Shown: piece by piece, positions 1 through 12,412 of the stretch
Numbering within the stretch: the first letter of the stretch is position 1
Layout: every line of letters starts with the position of its first letter
From: an uncultured Nitrososphaerales archaeon
GTDB lineage: Archaea > Thermoproteota > Nitrososphaeria > Nitrososphaerales > Nitrososphaeraceae
Assembly (NCBI GenBank): GCA_963709405.1
Contig: CAVPXM010000020.1
Location: forward strand, 48,362 to 112,361
Direction: 5' to 3'
DNA length: 64,000 nucleotides
Position numbers and translations under genes: made by a program
The notes under the pieces: generated by a model
The model's input: the letters and a program-made list of their open reading frames with translations, nothing else
Told to the model about the DNA's origin: nothing
Database searches by the model: none

Positions 1-34
1 ATCTTGTTGCCTGTGTATGTGATTCTATTATTGC

Positions 35-697
35 TTAGCCCTTTTGTTTCTTAGATTTATGACCATTTTTTAATACAAATATTATAGCTATTACAGCTAT
101 GCTAGGTAATAATATAGCCAGAACCTTACTTGCCACAAGGCCCACATTATTTTCGGTATCTCCAGGTGAAGAAGGAAACGGATTCAAAATGCTTGGAAGT
201 GGCTGATTTGGAATAAAGACGTTAAATGACGCTAAAGTGGAAGAATTTTTTTCATTTATTCTAACTATGACTTGATGAGTGCCATCATCTGGAAATATGT
301 ATTTTATAGAGAAGTCTCCATCTGGAACTCTTATATTTTCAAATTTAAATAATCTTTCACCATTTGTTACGGCCACTCTTGCAGTAAAATCTTTTAAATG
401 ATCACTTGTAGTTAAATTTTGCACACTAAATTTTAATTCAGTGAAAGTATCAATTATTGGTTTTTCCGGCTGATATGTAAATTGAATCTTAATGCGATCA
501 TTATTATTTATCCATTCTTGAGTTCTATTTCCATACAGATGTGCATAAGAAAGTTGTGGGGTTATTGTGGATACGTCTATTATGGACGTAGTTGAAAATA
601 TTGTAATTGAAGTAGCAATAATAATAATAATAATAATAATAACAATAATAATAATACTATATGCTTGCGTGGAAGAAGATAAAGAATCAATTAACAT
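35..697 (-). CDS. Membrane-anchored exported protein, beta-rich (YtkA/FixH-like) domain
   Basis: N-terminal hydrophobic Ile run (ATA/ATT microsatellite at ~621-655), beta-rich core FSIKYIFPDDGTHQVIV, C-terminal TM plus basic tail. Confidence 0.6.
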   Translation of the reverse strand: MLIDSLSSSTQAYSIIIIVIIIIIIIIATSITIFSTTSIIDVSTITPQLSYAHLYGNRTQEWINNNDRIKIQFTYQPEKPIIDTFTELKFSVQNLTTSDHLKDFTARVAVTNGERLFKFENIRVPDGDFSIKYIFPDDGTHQVIVRINEKNSSTLASFNVFIPNQPLPSILNPFPSSPGDTENNVGLVASKVLAILLPSIAVIAIIFVLKNGHKSKKQKG

Positions 698-874
698 TTA
701 CCAATAGCTACAAGTGTGCTCATATAAATAAAATTGTGTGGTTATCCCACGAAATTGAGTTAACGCAATCAGCAATCAGTAAAAAAGTTGTATTGATAAT
801 CCGATACCCGTCTTGTCAAACATAATTTTAACTGCAAGCCAATATGTTGTTATCAAAGTTGGATGGATTCCACA

Positions 875-2285
875 CTAGTTAGCATCTTTGGGGCTAGGCA
901 TGAAATTCTCATTGATGTACCTCTTTAGTCTTTGTGCATCAGCGCTGCTTATCAATATATCATCGCTAAAAACGTTCTTCTTTCCCTTTGATGCTCTTAC
1001 ACTGATGGCATATTCATGTCCTGTCTTAGGAGTAATTTCCATTCTCAAGTCTGGGCCTTTGGCCAGCATGCCTTTTACAGCCTGAGCAACGAGTACATCC
1101 TTATTATTATCTCCGACGTTTACAACTTTACGTGGTTTATCAAATTCTAAATTATATCTGTTGATTCTGTCTTCTATCATAATCTTCAATTTGTCAACCT
1201 TATGTTCGTTTTCCATTCTGACAATATAATTCTGCAGACCTTCGATTTCAAAAATTGAGGAGAGGTGGAAGCAGTTTGAGGTGAAGATTCTTGTAGCTTT
1301 TCTTCCTCTTCTTGTTTGGTTTCTAATCTCTTACTATCCCATACCATCCCTTCTTTAGCCACAGTCATTCTGAATTTTCCTTCTTTTCCTATGATTTGAA
1401 GATGTGAATCTATTACCTTTTGAAGCTCATCTACAGTCATAGCTTTTACAGGACCTCTAAACCATTGATTTGTAGCCTCTTCAAAGTCTATAAGGCCTCT
1501 GTAATGAACAATATAACATTCTTTTGCATTCCATCTTCTAACTAATTCAAATGCTTCACTAACAGAGATCATTCCAGTTTGAGGATGAGGATTGTAGCTT
1601 TGTGTACCCAAAATGGCAAGATCTGGATTCCATAATAAATCTTCATTTACATTCGGCAACGACAGAAAATCCCATCCAATTATTACTTTATCGATTAGTT
1701 AGTTTCACTATATATATAACAGATCCAGCTGGCGAGTTGTCGCCATGGTCAGCTAAAAGAGGGATTACAGAAAAAGGACCTATCTGGAATGTTTGGTCTG
1801 GCTGTACTATGCTAAACACTAATTCTTTATTATTTATTTTAGAAGACAGTTGTGGATACTTACTGAGGATCTGGTCGTGGCATTGTGAGGTACAGTATAT
1901 ATTCAAATTTTTTGACTTTGATGTTTTGTCTGCCAAGAGAGGTAGCTCTTATAATATGATCGTCATGTGAATGCGTTACTAATAGAGCATCTGGAAGAAT
2001 CGACGATGAGGCAAATCCAAGATCAAAAATGCCTTTTTCAATACTTTTGACTATTCCTTGGCCTATATCAACAAGTATATGAAAAATTTGATTAGTTTCA
2101 CTTGCCGTGGCAAATAAAGAACAAGAAGTGTTTGTACTTGTTCCATGCTGTTTTACTTCTGCCGCTCTTTCTGACTTTTCTACATTTCCTAAGGTTGCAA
2201 TATCTGGAAGTACTCCATTAATCCTTAGCAATAGCTGATCTTGTGATAGTCTCTTAGCAGCTGCAGACGATTGCGTATTTAACAT
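875..2285 (-). pseudogene. MBL-fold metallo-hydrolase (PhnP/RNase Z-like), split into 4 ORFs by frameshifts
   Basis: LVDIG and THSHDDH metal motif, later ADH and IVHY motifs across ORFs 1860-2285, 1688-1936, 1186-1659, 875-1216. Confidence 0.7.
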
Positions 2286-2797
2286 ATTGGTATTACGAGA
2301 AGGGATTAGTTAAACTTAATGATTAAGTATATCTAATAATTTTTGAATTTAAAGCAGATACTTATAATTCTTAGAAAGATATCTTTCGCATTTTATATCA
2401 TAGCGTCACTAGAAGATTCTTATAAAAAGTTCTGCATGCAAATCAGAATAATGACATCACTTCTATCTCTGCTCATCATTTTTCCATTCCATTGATATAT
2501 TCTGAGCGAGCATATTTGTCTCCTCAACTGTTGATAGTGGTACGCTTTCAATTTCTGGAATTTCCATTCTTCGACCTTTTTCTATCACATCGTAGAGTAA
2601 ACTTAATTCATACTGAATAATTTCTTTTCTCGTTAGCTGGATACTTTGCTACTCATTATACAATTTAATTAATTCCTATAACATCTTATCTGGTCCTCTA
2701 TAAATCTATAAATCTATAAATAAATCTAATAGGCTATAGGTTAGATCTCTGTAGCAGATATTACTTTAGTTGTACTAATAATTAGTTAATTGATTAA

Positions 2798-2988
2798 TTA
2801 ATTATGTCCAGGCACAATAAATATTGGTAGAATTGCGGTTGCAACTACTTACGCAATTATCATAAACGGAAACCCTATTCTAAACCATCTCCCAAAAGTT
2901 AGATGATGTCTAAATTTCTCGCCTAAACCTGCGGTTATTATACCTGCACTTGATCCAATAAGAGTACAATTATCATCCAAGTCTGGAG
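2798..2988 (-). pseudogene. C-terminal remnant of ArsB/NhaD-type ion permease
   Basis: Manual translation DLDDNCTLIGSSAGIITAGLGEKFRHHLTFGRWFRIGFPFMIIA*VVATAILPIF resembles the GGNxTLIGSxA...F..F.K.G.P C-terminus; internal stop. Confidence 0.6.
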
Positions 2989-3239
2989 TTTAATTGAATG
3001 ATGGAGATTCTCCTCCGCGCACGCCCTCAATTTATCTGAACTCAATGAACTAGCCTGCATTATTATTAACTTTGATAAAGACTTTAGATATAATAATAGT
3101 TATGCAATGAACCGCTTCGAGAACCCTGCCTAGGGTTTATCTATAATAGTTAGATCAACATAATAATTAAACAAGTCTATGAATAAGCGACTTGACAAGC
3201 TTATTATATTGTTTAGGAATACCTGATCTTGTCTTATCG

Positions 3240-3782
3240 ATGCAAGCAGTTTATATTGTAGATGATGCAAAAATTGCAAGTGTCTTAATTGATCCAATGC
3301 GAAGAGCTATCTTGAATTTGCTCAGGCAGAAGCCCATGACTCAGGCTCAACTAGCTAACGAGCTGGGCTTGTCCGGTGCCTCACTTAATCATCACATGAA
3401 GATATTAAGGTCAAAGAAATTAGTTTCAATAGCCAGAAGGGAGATCGAAAGGCATAGAATTATGCAGATATTCTTCTCAAGTGTGGCATATCTATTTGTA
3501 TATGACCTGAATTTATTACCTAAAAATATTTCTCGTTATTTCTATCCTGTGAGTCTTGAAAGAGCAATGGTCCTCATTGCTCTATTGATGTTAAAGGAGA
3601 GGTCATTTAAAATTGATCAGAACCCAGAAATCACCAACGCTTTAGCAGAAAGGCTATCTGGGTTAATCGTAAAGACAGCAAGAAGATATGAACACAAGAG
3701 TGTTGACTCTTCATATGAAAGAATAGTTTTTGAAATATACACTAAGGCAGTAAGCGAACTATTGCTTACAAATATTCATTAA
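3240..3782 (+). CDS. ArsR-family winged-helix transcriptional regulator
   Basis: LIDPMRRAILNLLRQKPMTQAQLANELGLSGASLNHHMKILR HTH; ATG at 3240 preferred to TTG at 3192. Confidence 0.8.
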   Translation: MQAVYIVDDAKIASVLIDPMRRAILNLLRQKPMTQAQLANELGLSGASLNHHMKILRSKKLVSIARREIERHRIMQIFFSSVAYLFVYDLNLLPKNISRYFYPVSLERAMVLIALLMLKERSFKIDQNPEITNALAERLSGLIVKTARRYEHKSVDSSYERIVFEIYTKAVSELLLTNIH

Positions 3783-4002
3783 TTGGACTAGTATAAATTC
3801 CTAAGTGTACCGACCATATCTATCCCTCCAAGGAGAGGGGCAGAGGAGGAGTGAATAATTAAGATGAAGGCATATTATTAAATTTCACTTTACTGTGCAT
3901 GCAATGCAAGAACCGATTGTCATGCCTTGTATAGACGGTACATTTTATTATTTTTTCATCGTCACATTCTTTCTGTCTCTCTATCTTTCTTATTGCTCCT
4001 AT

Positions 4003-4810
4003 TACCTACACCAATTAAGATAAGTATACTTACATATTATTGATGGAATTGTCATATTCTTTGTACAGGAAGAGCTATAGCTTTGTTCATTGATCTGCTT
4101 TCCTGAATGAGTCTTGACTCTTAGTAGAGGAGAATTAGAAACTCGGTACAGAAAGGAATCACGAGCGGGACTAAAGGAGAGGCTGTTGCTTATTCTCAAA
4201 GTCGAAGGTGAAGGAATGATTCCAGCCCATGTTGCAAAGGAGCTGCACAGAAGCAGAACGTGGACTTCTGATTGGCTTGCAAGATATCATAAAGAAGGAG
4301 TTGATGGACTTGAGAATAGGCCTAGGAGTGGTAGGCCCTCCAAGCTACCTAAAGAAGTTGCTCTTAAGGTAAGAAGGAAATTAAAGGAAAGAAAACAAGG
4401 CTGGACAACACAGCAGATAAATGAAATGATAGTAAAAGAAGGAAATGTACACTACCTCAAATCTATATCTACACATTGCTGCATAAGTGGGGATTCAAAC
4501 AGAAAGTACAAAGGAAAGTACATGTTAATACTGCATCATACGAAGAGAAAAAGCACAGAAGATATTAGACTGTTTACCTAAGGCTTTTACGGCAGTATCA
4601 TTAGATGAATCATTCTTTTTCTTTGACAGCCTTGTTAGAAAAGTATGGAGCTATAAAGATTCCAGAGCTGTGGTTACAATAACAGGCTCACACAGAAATT
4701 TCTGCATGTTTGGAGCTACTAGTCTTGAAGGAAACCAGTTATTCAGACAGTTTGAAAAGTTTAATGAGGATACATTTTATGGCTTCCTAAAACAGATGCA
4801 TGAAATGAAG
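4003..4810 (+). mobile_element. IS630-family transposase remnant (HTH ORF plus partial DDE), 3' truncated
   Basis: ORF 4114-4581 with WLARYHKEGVDGLENRPRSGRPSKL; downstream frame reads SLDESFFFFDSLVRKVW...FGATSLEG; left boundary approximate. Confidence 0.75.
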
Positions 4811-5120
4811 CGATTGCACACTCTACAAGAGTGTACCCTAGTATAAAGCGACTGGATATGGATTAATAAATCTGAGAATAATACGATAGTTGAAAAATGG
4901 TAGATTCCAGTGCACCTCAAGTTGTATATTGGTCAGTACAAGGTCTAGACTTGATTGACAATACACTAAACTGAGTTCGAGGAGAAAGAAAAAAATGACA
5001 TCAACATCAAAATAGATGACGTCGCTTACATAGTTGTGCTGTTATAAGGGATAAGCAATTAATGGGTATCTTATGCCAAATACTTTAATATTATAATTTC
5101 CATTTATTATTTGTGGTAAC

Positions 5121-5567
5121 ATGGACACGAAAGTCTCATTAAATTATAATTTGACACATCATAAACCACAAAACGAATTACTATTTTCTGAAATATCACC
5201 TATCTGGTCTGAACGTCTGAATCATGCAAGAGACAATATTTCTCCCTTTTCACTAGCACGTATAAGATGGTACTATGAACTTAAGAATTCATCAACATGT
5301 GTAGTGGGTGAAGCATATGGATTTTCATCAACATACGTGTCCAAGTGTAAAAAATGCAATAGATTAGGCTGGAAGTTTATGTTTTATTTCCTAATACAAT
5401 CAAATTCAAGTATTGAAAGGACGAAAATAAAATTTGTAGATCATTGGAATAAAGAACATTATGAAGTCAAAATTAGAAAAAAATTGAATACAAATACAAA
5501 TTCACGAATTCAAAAGCCATTTTCTGTTTCTCAATCGCATGGATTAGCAGTAACTGTAAAAAAATGA
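5121..5567 (+). CDS. Hypothetical protein with Cys cluster (CVVGEAY...CKKC...HW)
   Basis: 148-aa ORF, ATGA-coupled to the downstream cupredoxin gene. Confidence 0.6.
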   Translation: MDTKVSLNYNLTHHKPQNELLFSEISPIWSERLNHARDNISPFSLARIRWYYELKNSSTCVVGEAYGFSSTYVSKCKKCNRLGWKFMFYFLIQSNSSIERTKIKFVDHWNKEHYEVKIRKKLNTNTNSRIQKPFSVSQSHGLAVTVKK

Positions 5568-6609
5568 TAATTTTCTGTAAAGTACCTTTTTTACTGTTAT
5601 CAATCTTTGCAATTATCACGGTTAATTTTTTATTATATTCCTCGGTTAACCCTATTTTGCTTTTCCATGATATGCGATATCACAATCTAGCATATGCCGC
5701 GGGTGCTAAGCATTATACTATAACAATTCCTAAAGGATCTGCAAATCCCGAAGTTGATATAACAAAGCTAGGTCCCAGACAATGGTATTTGCCTAGAGAA
5801 CTGAGTATAAATCTAAACGATACAGTGACTTGGATTAATAATGATACAGAAGCTCATACTGTTACAAGCGGTATTGGAGGAGGTATGGAAAGCTTGATAA
5901 ACACTAAAAAGTTGGGAATCCAAACTGGTATTTTTAATAGCGGTCTATTTAAACCAGGACAATCCTGGATACACACATTTAGCAGGCCTGGGACATACAA
6001 TTACTTTTGCACCATACATCCATGGATGGAAGGCATAATACAAGTAAAAGCACAACCACAGAACATACCTAATTATCCAGTTACTGACTCGGGTAAACGA
6101 ATAGACAAGCTACCTCTGTATACTTTTACTCCTGATGGAATGCTAGAGGTGGGTTTAAGTTGGGATCCCCAAGTATTGCTAACAGGTAAGGAAACAACTT
6201 CTTTGTGAGTTTCTTTGATCGTGCAAACAATAAGCCTAATCTCTTAGCATTTGATTTCGTTTTAATCCAAAATGGGAAACAACTGGAACGAATTCCGACT
6301 GGTGCTCAAATGGGGATGAAAGTACAACAGTACGTATTTGCAAATTCAGGTCCTACAAATATTAGAATTGAAAATATAGGGGGTATAAAAACATCATATG
6401 CGGCGTTCAATACGACAGTATATGATAACCCTGCTATTTCCTCATCTTCAGCTAGCCAACTCGCATCGCAATACGCGAAAGCCCTTCGTGAGTCTGGTTC
6501 GTTCCAGATAAGTCCACTAACACTTGTTTATATTGCATATATTATTATATTTGGTATTCCAGCGGCTGTGGGTGTGACATATTTTCTCTATAGAAAGGGA
6601 ATAATTTAA
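5564..6609 (+). CDS. Blue (type 1) copper / plastocyanin-domain membrane-anchored protein, frameshift near 6205
   Basis: WINNDTEAHTVT and YFCTIHPWMEG ligands; N-terminal signal; C-terminal TM in ORF 6205-6609. Confidence 0.8.
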
Positions 6610-6704
6610 TGCGGGATATTGATAAATGAATGGTCTCAACTTTATTTAGTCTGTAATTTCAATTGATTGTATACCAAGATAAAATCTTGCTATATCAAGA
6701 GCAG

Positions 6705-6960
6705 TCGCTGTTAGCTTGACTAAACTTAACCAGCATCAGTTATTAGGAATGCGATACATTGTATTCCGTACTACCTAAGTGTAGATACGATATCAATAAT
6801 TTTAGCCAATTATGGACATGCTGTTTGTTACAATTGTGTTTTCGCCATGAAAAATGATCGTCAAAATATTCTGTCCTATCTTTTATTTGTTCTTCAAATC
6901 TTTCCATCAAAATCTTCAACTCACTCTCATATACCTGATGCCCTAATCGATCTTAACCGC
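6705..6960 (-). mobile_element. IS6-family transposase C-terminal remnant
   Basis: Manual translation HQVYESELKILMERFEEQIKDRTEYFDDHFSWRKHNCNKQHVHNWLKLL resembles the archaeal IS6 ER...IKDRTE.FDD.FPC motif. Confidence 0.55.
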
Positions 6961-7293
6961 TTACAATGTTATTGCATCAATATGTAGATTGGTTATTTCA
7001 ATATTCCATTGGGTTTACATCACAGTGTTTTGTAGAGTTTAGACATCATGGGGTTAATCGTATAGGTTGTCAAATGTGCTCTTCTTTACTCTTAGCCTGT
7101 TACTAACTCTAGATAGTAAAGAAACCTAATTTACCGTCGTTGGCTATATGAATACGGATTACCAATTCCAGGCTACTGATGATGATGACAGTGTAACGCA
7201 GTACAAACAAAAAAACAGATCCTAGTATAGGCAGCGCTAAGTAACTTTGTTTTTGATAAATAACAACAACGAACTGCTTTTGTCATTTTATTA

Positions 7294-8203
7294 TTACCCT
7301 CTCATGATAAAAGCGGTGTATGTTACTAGCGATCTCAGTTCTAGACAATCTTCCAAGGCAAAGTGCCCTGTATCAAGCCTATGCATCTCAGCGTTGGGTA
7401 GATCTTTTAGGTAAGATTCTCCACCTTCACGAGTGAAGAATATGTCATTCTGTCCCCAGAAAATCAATGACTTTGGCTGATAGCGCTGTAAGAACTCTTG
7501 CCATTTTGGGTACAGTTCTACGTTAGTGCGGTAGTCATAGAACAAATCCATCTGTACCCGACGCGCGTCTGGCCTTTCCATGAATCTGAAGTCCATGTTC
7601 CAGTTGTCAGGACTGATGGCTTCAGGATTCTTGTGACCGTATAGATAGACTTGCCTGATCGTGTCTAGTTGTAGAAATCCGTATAAGGGCTCCTCCGTTT
7701 CAGGAGTACCGATCCTTCCAAAGTGCGTTACGTAGTCCATCCCATGCGCCTGTAAAGCCAATTTCATAGGCGTTTGTGTTTTGTATTATTAGCCACTCGA
7801 GCCATTCAGGATGTCGAGTTATGATTCGGAAGCCTACAGGCCCACCATAGTCTTGCATGTAAAGCCCAAAGTGTTTAAAGCCTATGGCCTTCAAGAAATC
7901 CTCCATTATTTCAGAGAGTCGATCGAATGTGTAGTTGGATTCATCCGGATTTGGTAAGTCGGAGTTTCCAAAACCAGGATAGTCAGGTGCGATTACATGG
8001 AAATGGTCGGCTAGGGCTAAAATAAGGTTGCGGTACTGGTGAGAAGAGGCAGGAAAGCCATGGAGCAATACAAGCTTCGGATTTGATTGGTCGCCAGCTT
8101 CTCTATAGAAGATAGAGAGCCCATCAACTACTACATTCTTATACAATGTCATCCTTGAGTTGTGTGATATTAGTTTTTCTTGACTTGAAATTAGTTTGTT
8201 CAT
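7294..8203 (-). CDS. Alpha/beta hydrolase (epoxide hydrolase-like), frameshift near 7700-7760
   Basis: LLHGFPASS, APDYPGFGNS, QDYGG nucleophile elbow, WGQNDIFF, DTGHFALE. Confidence 0.85.
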
Positions 8204-8256
8204 ATCAAAGCAAAAAATACTCTTTTTTTATTTAAGAATTGAGGTTTACCGACACA

Positions 8257-8996
8257 TTACTGTAAGCCAGCTGCTGTAATAGCGGGGGAACGTTTGATTA
8301 TAAGGTCATGATACTCTGAAAAACGATCTTCAAGGTTTTCTGGTATCGACTTGTACAGACATAGTAAAGTGATAGGTTCTTCAAATTCTCTTATTGCGAT
8401 ATCGAATACGCTTTCAATCTCTACAGCATCCCCATATCTACCCTGTTCTATTAATTTGGCCGGCAGAGTGGCAATCATATTCAACCCTTTTTTTGATTTC
8501 TCATATGCTAACTCTTCAATTCTACGCAAGTCTTTTGACAATGGGTTCAATCGAAAAGCTACCATTATGAAAACTTTGATCAGCAGGAATTATCATTATA
8601 TCCTGAGAGTTAAATAAAGAATTTATGTTTGGGAACTTGTCGAGTGACTGTAAGAATTTCTGCTCTTCCTTTCTATAAATAATCAATACATTGATCTCAT
8701 TGCGATCAATTCCGCGCTTTATAAAGGCAGTAACAATCTCCTTAAATTGGATTTCATTGTTAAAGGTAAGAACTATGTGGTCGTGGTCCTTCATTTTCCA
8801 GAACTAAATCTTCCACCGATTCCATTTTATTGTAAAATGCCTCTTGCTAATCAAGAAATTCATTAATAACGCGTCTTAATCGCTCGGATTTGTTAGTCAT
8901 ACCCATACCTTTAGCTCTTGGTGTTTGCAAGAATTGATCAAGTCTCTTAATCAATAGCTTTGGAAGATGGACATAATACCAGTCCTTACGACCCAT
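8257..8996 (-). pseudogene. Putative DNA-binding (RHH-like) N-terminus fused to MEDS/DcmR-like sensory domain, several frameshifts
   Basis: ATG 8996 MGRKDWYYVHLPKLLIKRLDQFL; then HDHIVLTF...FIKRGIDRNEINVLI and ITLLCLYK...YHDLII. Confidence 0.55.
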
Positions 8997-9410
8997 AGTG
9001 TTATAATTAAGAATTAGATCAGCTATTTTTAGTATTATAGTAAGATGGACTCACAATTTCCACAATTTCTTTTTCATGGTTTTGATCCGACTCCTGCTAC
9101 GTGGTTACGTTGAATGCGCTTTTGACCTAGGTGTGTTTGTTTCTATTGATGGTTTTTGCTTTCATATTCTGGATGAGCGATAATCGCTCCATACTCATTA
9201 ACCTGGTATAGTTCAAAAAATGCGATATCTGTCAAATCTATCTTGGGGTATAGCCCTGACTTTGCTGATTCTAATATCTTGCTTCTGAGCCATTCCAAGT
9301 TGTTTCCATTTTGTATTTCAAAGATTACATTCTAGTACAGTCGATCAGTATTGCATTTTCGTAATCGTCCAAGATAAAAACTTGCTACGACTAGAACAAT
9401 TTGAAGACAA

Positions 9411-10545
9411 ATGAGCAACACAACAATAAAAAAGTACAAAAAAACATGTGGGAAACATTGAGCGTCATCGCTATTTTATTATCGGCGATTGCTCTTGTTT
9501 CATCATCCACACTACCAAGTGGAAGTAGTATAGACGTCACTTGCGGCATCAACCAACAGTCATATTAATGATCAGACACGTGCATTACCACCTCAAACGT
9601 TAGTCCAAAATCTAACAAAGGCAAATGTGCCTGTAACATTGCCTTTAACAAGAGGATATGTTAATGGTTTCGAAGTATTCTATATATCAACAGAAGCTTC
9701 AGATAAAGGGCTAGCTGATCACTTGACTAACTTTACTCATTCAAGAGTATCGTATACACCAGCATTAGGAAATGCACCACCACAATCACTAGGAAATATC
9801 TATGTGTTTGCAAATGGCATTAAAGGCCCTGGTCCATTAGGCTTTCAAGCTAACGTAGCAGATTCTCAGCCAGGTGACCCAGGATATAGTCCCTTATGGA
9901 GAATTAATAATGTAGAGTGGAAACAAGGGGTTAGTCCAAGGGAGATAAAATCAGAAGCTGATATACTATCTGCACATAAGAATGGTGAATTAACTGTAAC
10001 TCCGTCAAATACGGTAGTTAATTGTCCTTTCGTGCAGTGGCATGGCGGTTCATTGAAAGAAAGAGACTGACAAAACTTTAACTGATATGTCGGCTTATGG
10101 GGGAGGACAAGTTCTAAACATCGATACTAAGAAAATGCAGATCACGTTTGTAGGTCATAGAGGGTTTGCTCCTAATGGTTCAACAATCTATTACATAGCA
10201 ACTGACGCATCTGTCAAGAAAGTAGCTGATGCATTAGGTGTGACATTTGTAAACAAGACCGGTGCAGCATTGTTATCTGGAGGATCATCTGATCTCTATG
10301 TGTTTACAAACGGAATCAAAGGAACTGGGCCTATGGGTTATCAAGCAAGCATTGCAGCTGCAAATGTTGGTGATTCAACCTACAGTCCATTATGGAGAAT
10401 ACAGGCTACGACATGGAAGGATCCGTCACATGCAGAATTTCTGACTTCGTTGGCTCAGATTACATCTGCAGCCCAAGCTGGAAAGATAAGTACTAACATT
10501 GCTGGAGTAGTTATTAACTGTCCATTCGTTGATGTGCATGTTTAG
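9411..10545 (+). CDS. Secreted protein with two tandem YSPLW/NCP domains (DUF7482-like), frameshifted
   Basis: Repeated motifs YISTEASD/YIATDAS, YVFxNGIKG.GP.G(F/Y)Q, YSPLWRI, VNCPFV; paralog at 18645-20990. Confidence 0.7.
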
Positions 10546-10707
10546 AAGTAAACACAGAAAAGAAACTAGTCAGACGAGAGAAAGGAGTTTCATTTCTTCT
10601 TTTTTTATTTCACTTTTGATCCTATTATGAAAATTGACTACCATATCATTCGATTTTCTGCAAAGTTTAAATGATTTTTTGCTGGTTAGAAGGCTCACCC
10701 TACACAT

Positions 10708-11244
10708 ATGGTCAGAGAAAATAAGAAGATTGCATTGAGGACTATAAGATTATCTAAGAAATTGGATGAGTTGCTTCAAAAAGATGCCAATTCAAAGAGG
10801 ATTACTGTTGGCACACTGATATCCACGATTCTAACTAAATATTCACAATGGGATAGATATACTGAAAAATTTGACATGATTACTCTAAGAAAGGAGAGCA
10901 TAAAGGCAATTCTCGAGGCGACTGAAGATGAGGCTCTGATTAGAAAGGCTCGTGAATTAGGAGCTAAGGTTCCCAGGGAATTTCTTATGTTCTGGTTCAA
11001 AAAAACGGATCTCGAATCATACCTTCAATATCTAGAATTACTATGTAATTATGGAGGCTTTGCGCGCTATGAATTTGAAGCTGAAGGACCTGTATATATT
11101 ATTACTCTTCTTCATAACATGGGCGAGAAATGGTCTATATTCCTTAAGTATGTCATGGAAGAAGGTATATTGACTACTATTGGTAGCTTGCCCAAATTTG
11201 AGGTTAATAAAGGTTCACTAGTTATTAGGATTGGGATATCTTGA
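10708..11244 (+). CDS. Putative RHH-type regulator of a thaumarchaeal family
   Basis: N-terminal TIRLSKKLDELLQKDA...TVGTLISTIL ribbon-helix-helix pattern. Confidence 0.6.
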   Translation: MVRENKKIALRTIRLSKKLDELLQKDANSKRITVGTLISTILTKYSQWDRYTEKFDMITLRKESIKAILEATEDEALIRKARELGAKVPREFLMFWFKKTDLESYLQYLELLCNYGGFARYEFEAEGPVYIITLLHNMGEKWSIFLKYVMEEGILTTIGSLPKFEVNKGSLVIRIGIS

Positions 11245-12412
11245 AGCCTCTCAAAATAAACCACACAGTAAGAGAAATTTTTTTCTAGCCAAATGTAGGT
11301 AGGACAATCATCATCATCTTCCTGAGATATTTCGCGATGGCATTGATAACAGTAGAATTCAGCATTGCATTTCCGTGTGGGACTGCAAATTTTGTAACGG
11401 TAGTGGGATCAATTCCATGTTCTGTGTTCTAGTCAATCTAGACATAAGATACTCTTCAAATAGTCGTTTGATAACTGACATTATTAGTTTCATCTTTATT
11501 TCGTTGATCGTACAGCAAATTGGGTTACCCACATTTCATCTGCTCTCAGTATTTACCATCTGTTTCCCATATTGGTACGTGCTCATATCTTGCTGAGATC
11601 ACATTGAATGCATGCAAACCATCTCTTACGAAAATATGATTATCTTCACTATCAAATCTGTTATCAGCTGTAACTACAGATAATGGTAGAATTTGCGGTC
11701 ATAGCATCAGTGTATCTGAGTTCTATCCACTATCCAATAACGAATATTGCGAAAAATGTGATAAACGAGTCCATATATTCGGCCTTACAATAAGTCTAAT
11801 AATAATTAGAAAGGCAATCATTAGCCAGATGGGAAGATCGTGAGTAGGAGAAAAGGTATACAACTGTTCACATCAAATGGTACTGCAGACGGTCCTATTA
11901 CGGCCCTCATCCACACATGAGTGATCATATGTTTTTGCTATTCTTTTTTCTTGACTTGCCAAAATAAACCATTAACCCTAAACAGATAAAACCAATGAAT
12001 TCTGGGATTATAAACAACTTAAACCTATCATAAGGCGAGGCAGAATAATCCACTAAACTGGCAATAGGACCGCCAATTAACCCACCAAATAATCCCGCCA
12101 TTATTGCAATAGTTATTATTCGCTCTTTTTTTCCATAAGTTCTTAAGAATCCTTTTACGCAAGTATACTTTTGCCTTTATGATTGTACTGAGTTATACTT
12201 TTCTGTTCTTCGAATAATAATTAAGTTAGTAACAATTAGTGAGGCTAACGTGAATAGCTTGCTCCTCAATTCCAAGGGATTTGAAACGGATCAAAGTCGA
12301 GTATGCCTGATTCTTGCTATATCACAAAGGGATTGGACAATATTATAGGTAGGTACATAGCCGTATACACAGGACTGTAAGTACCAAAACTCACCTACAT
12401 CCAAAAATTTCT

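Noticed and set aside
2696-2726. CTATAAAT x3 tandem; also GATAA x4 (~18241) and TATGAA x3 (~27928)
   Set aside because: Simple slippage microsatellites in AT-rich DNA with no associated structure
10060-10090. TGA at 10068 as selenocysteine or stop read-through
   Set aside because: The downstream half is in a different frame; alignment to the paralog indicates an indel
11280-12400. Long ORF-poor stretch with short hydrophobic reading frames
   Set aside because: Looks like decayed coding DNA, but no family could be recognised and no RNA structure was evident
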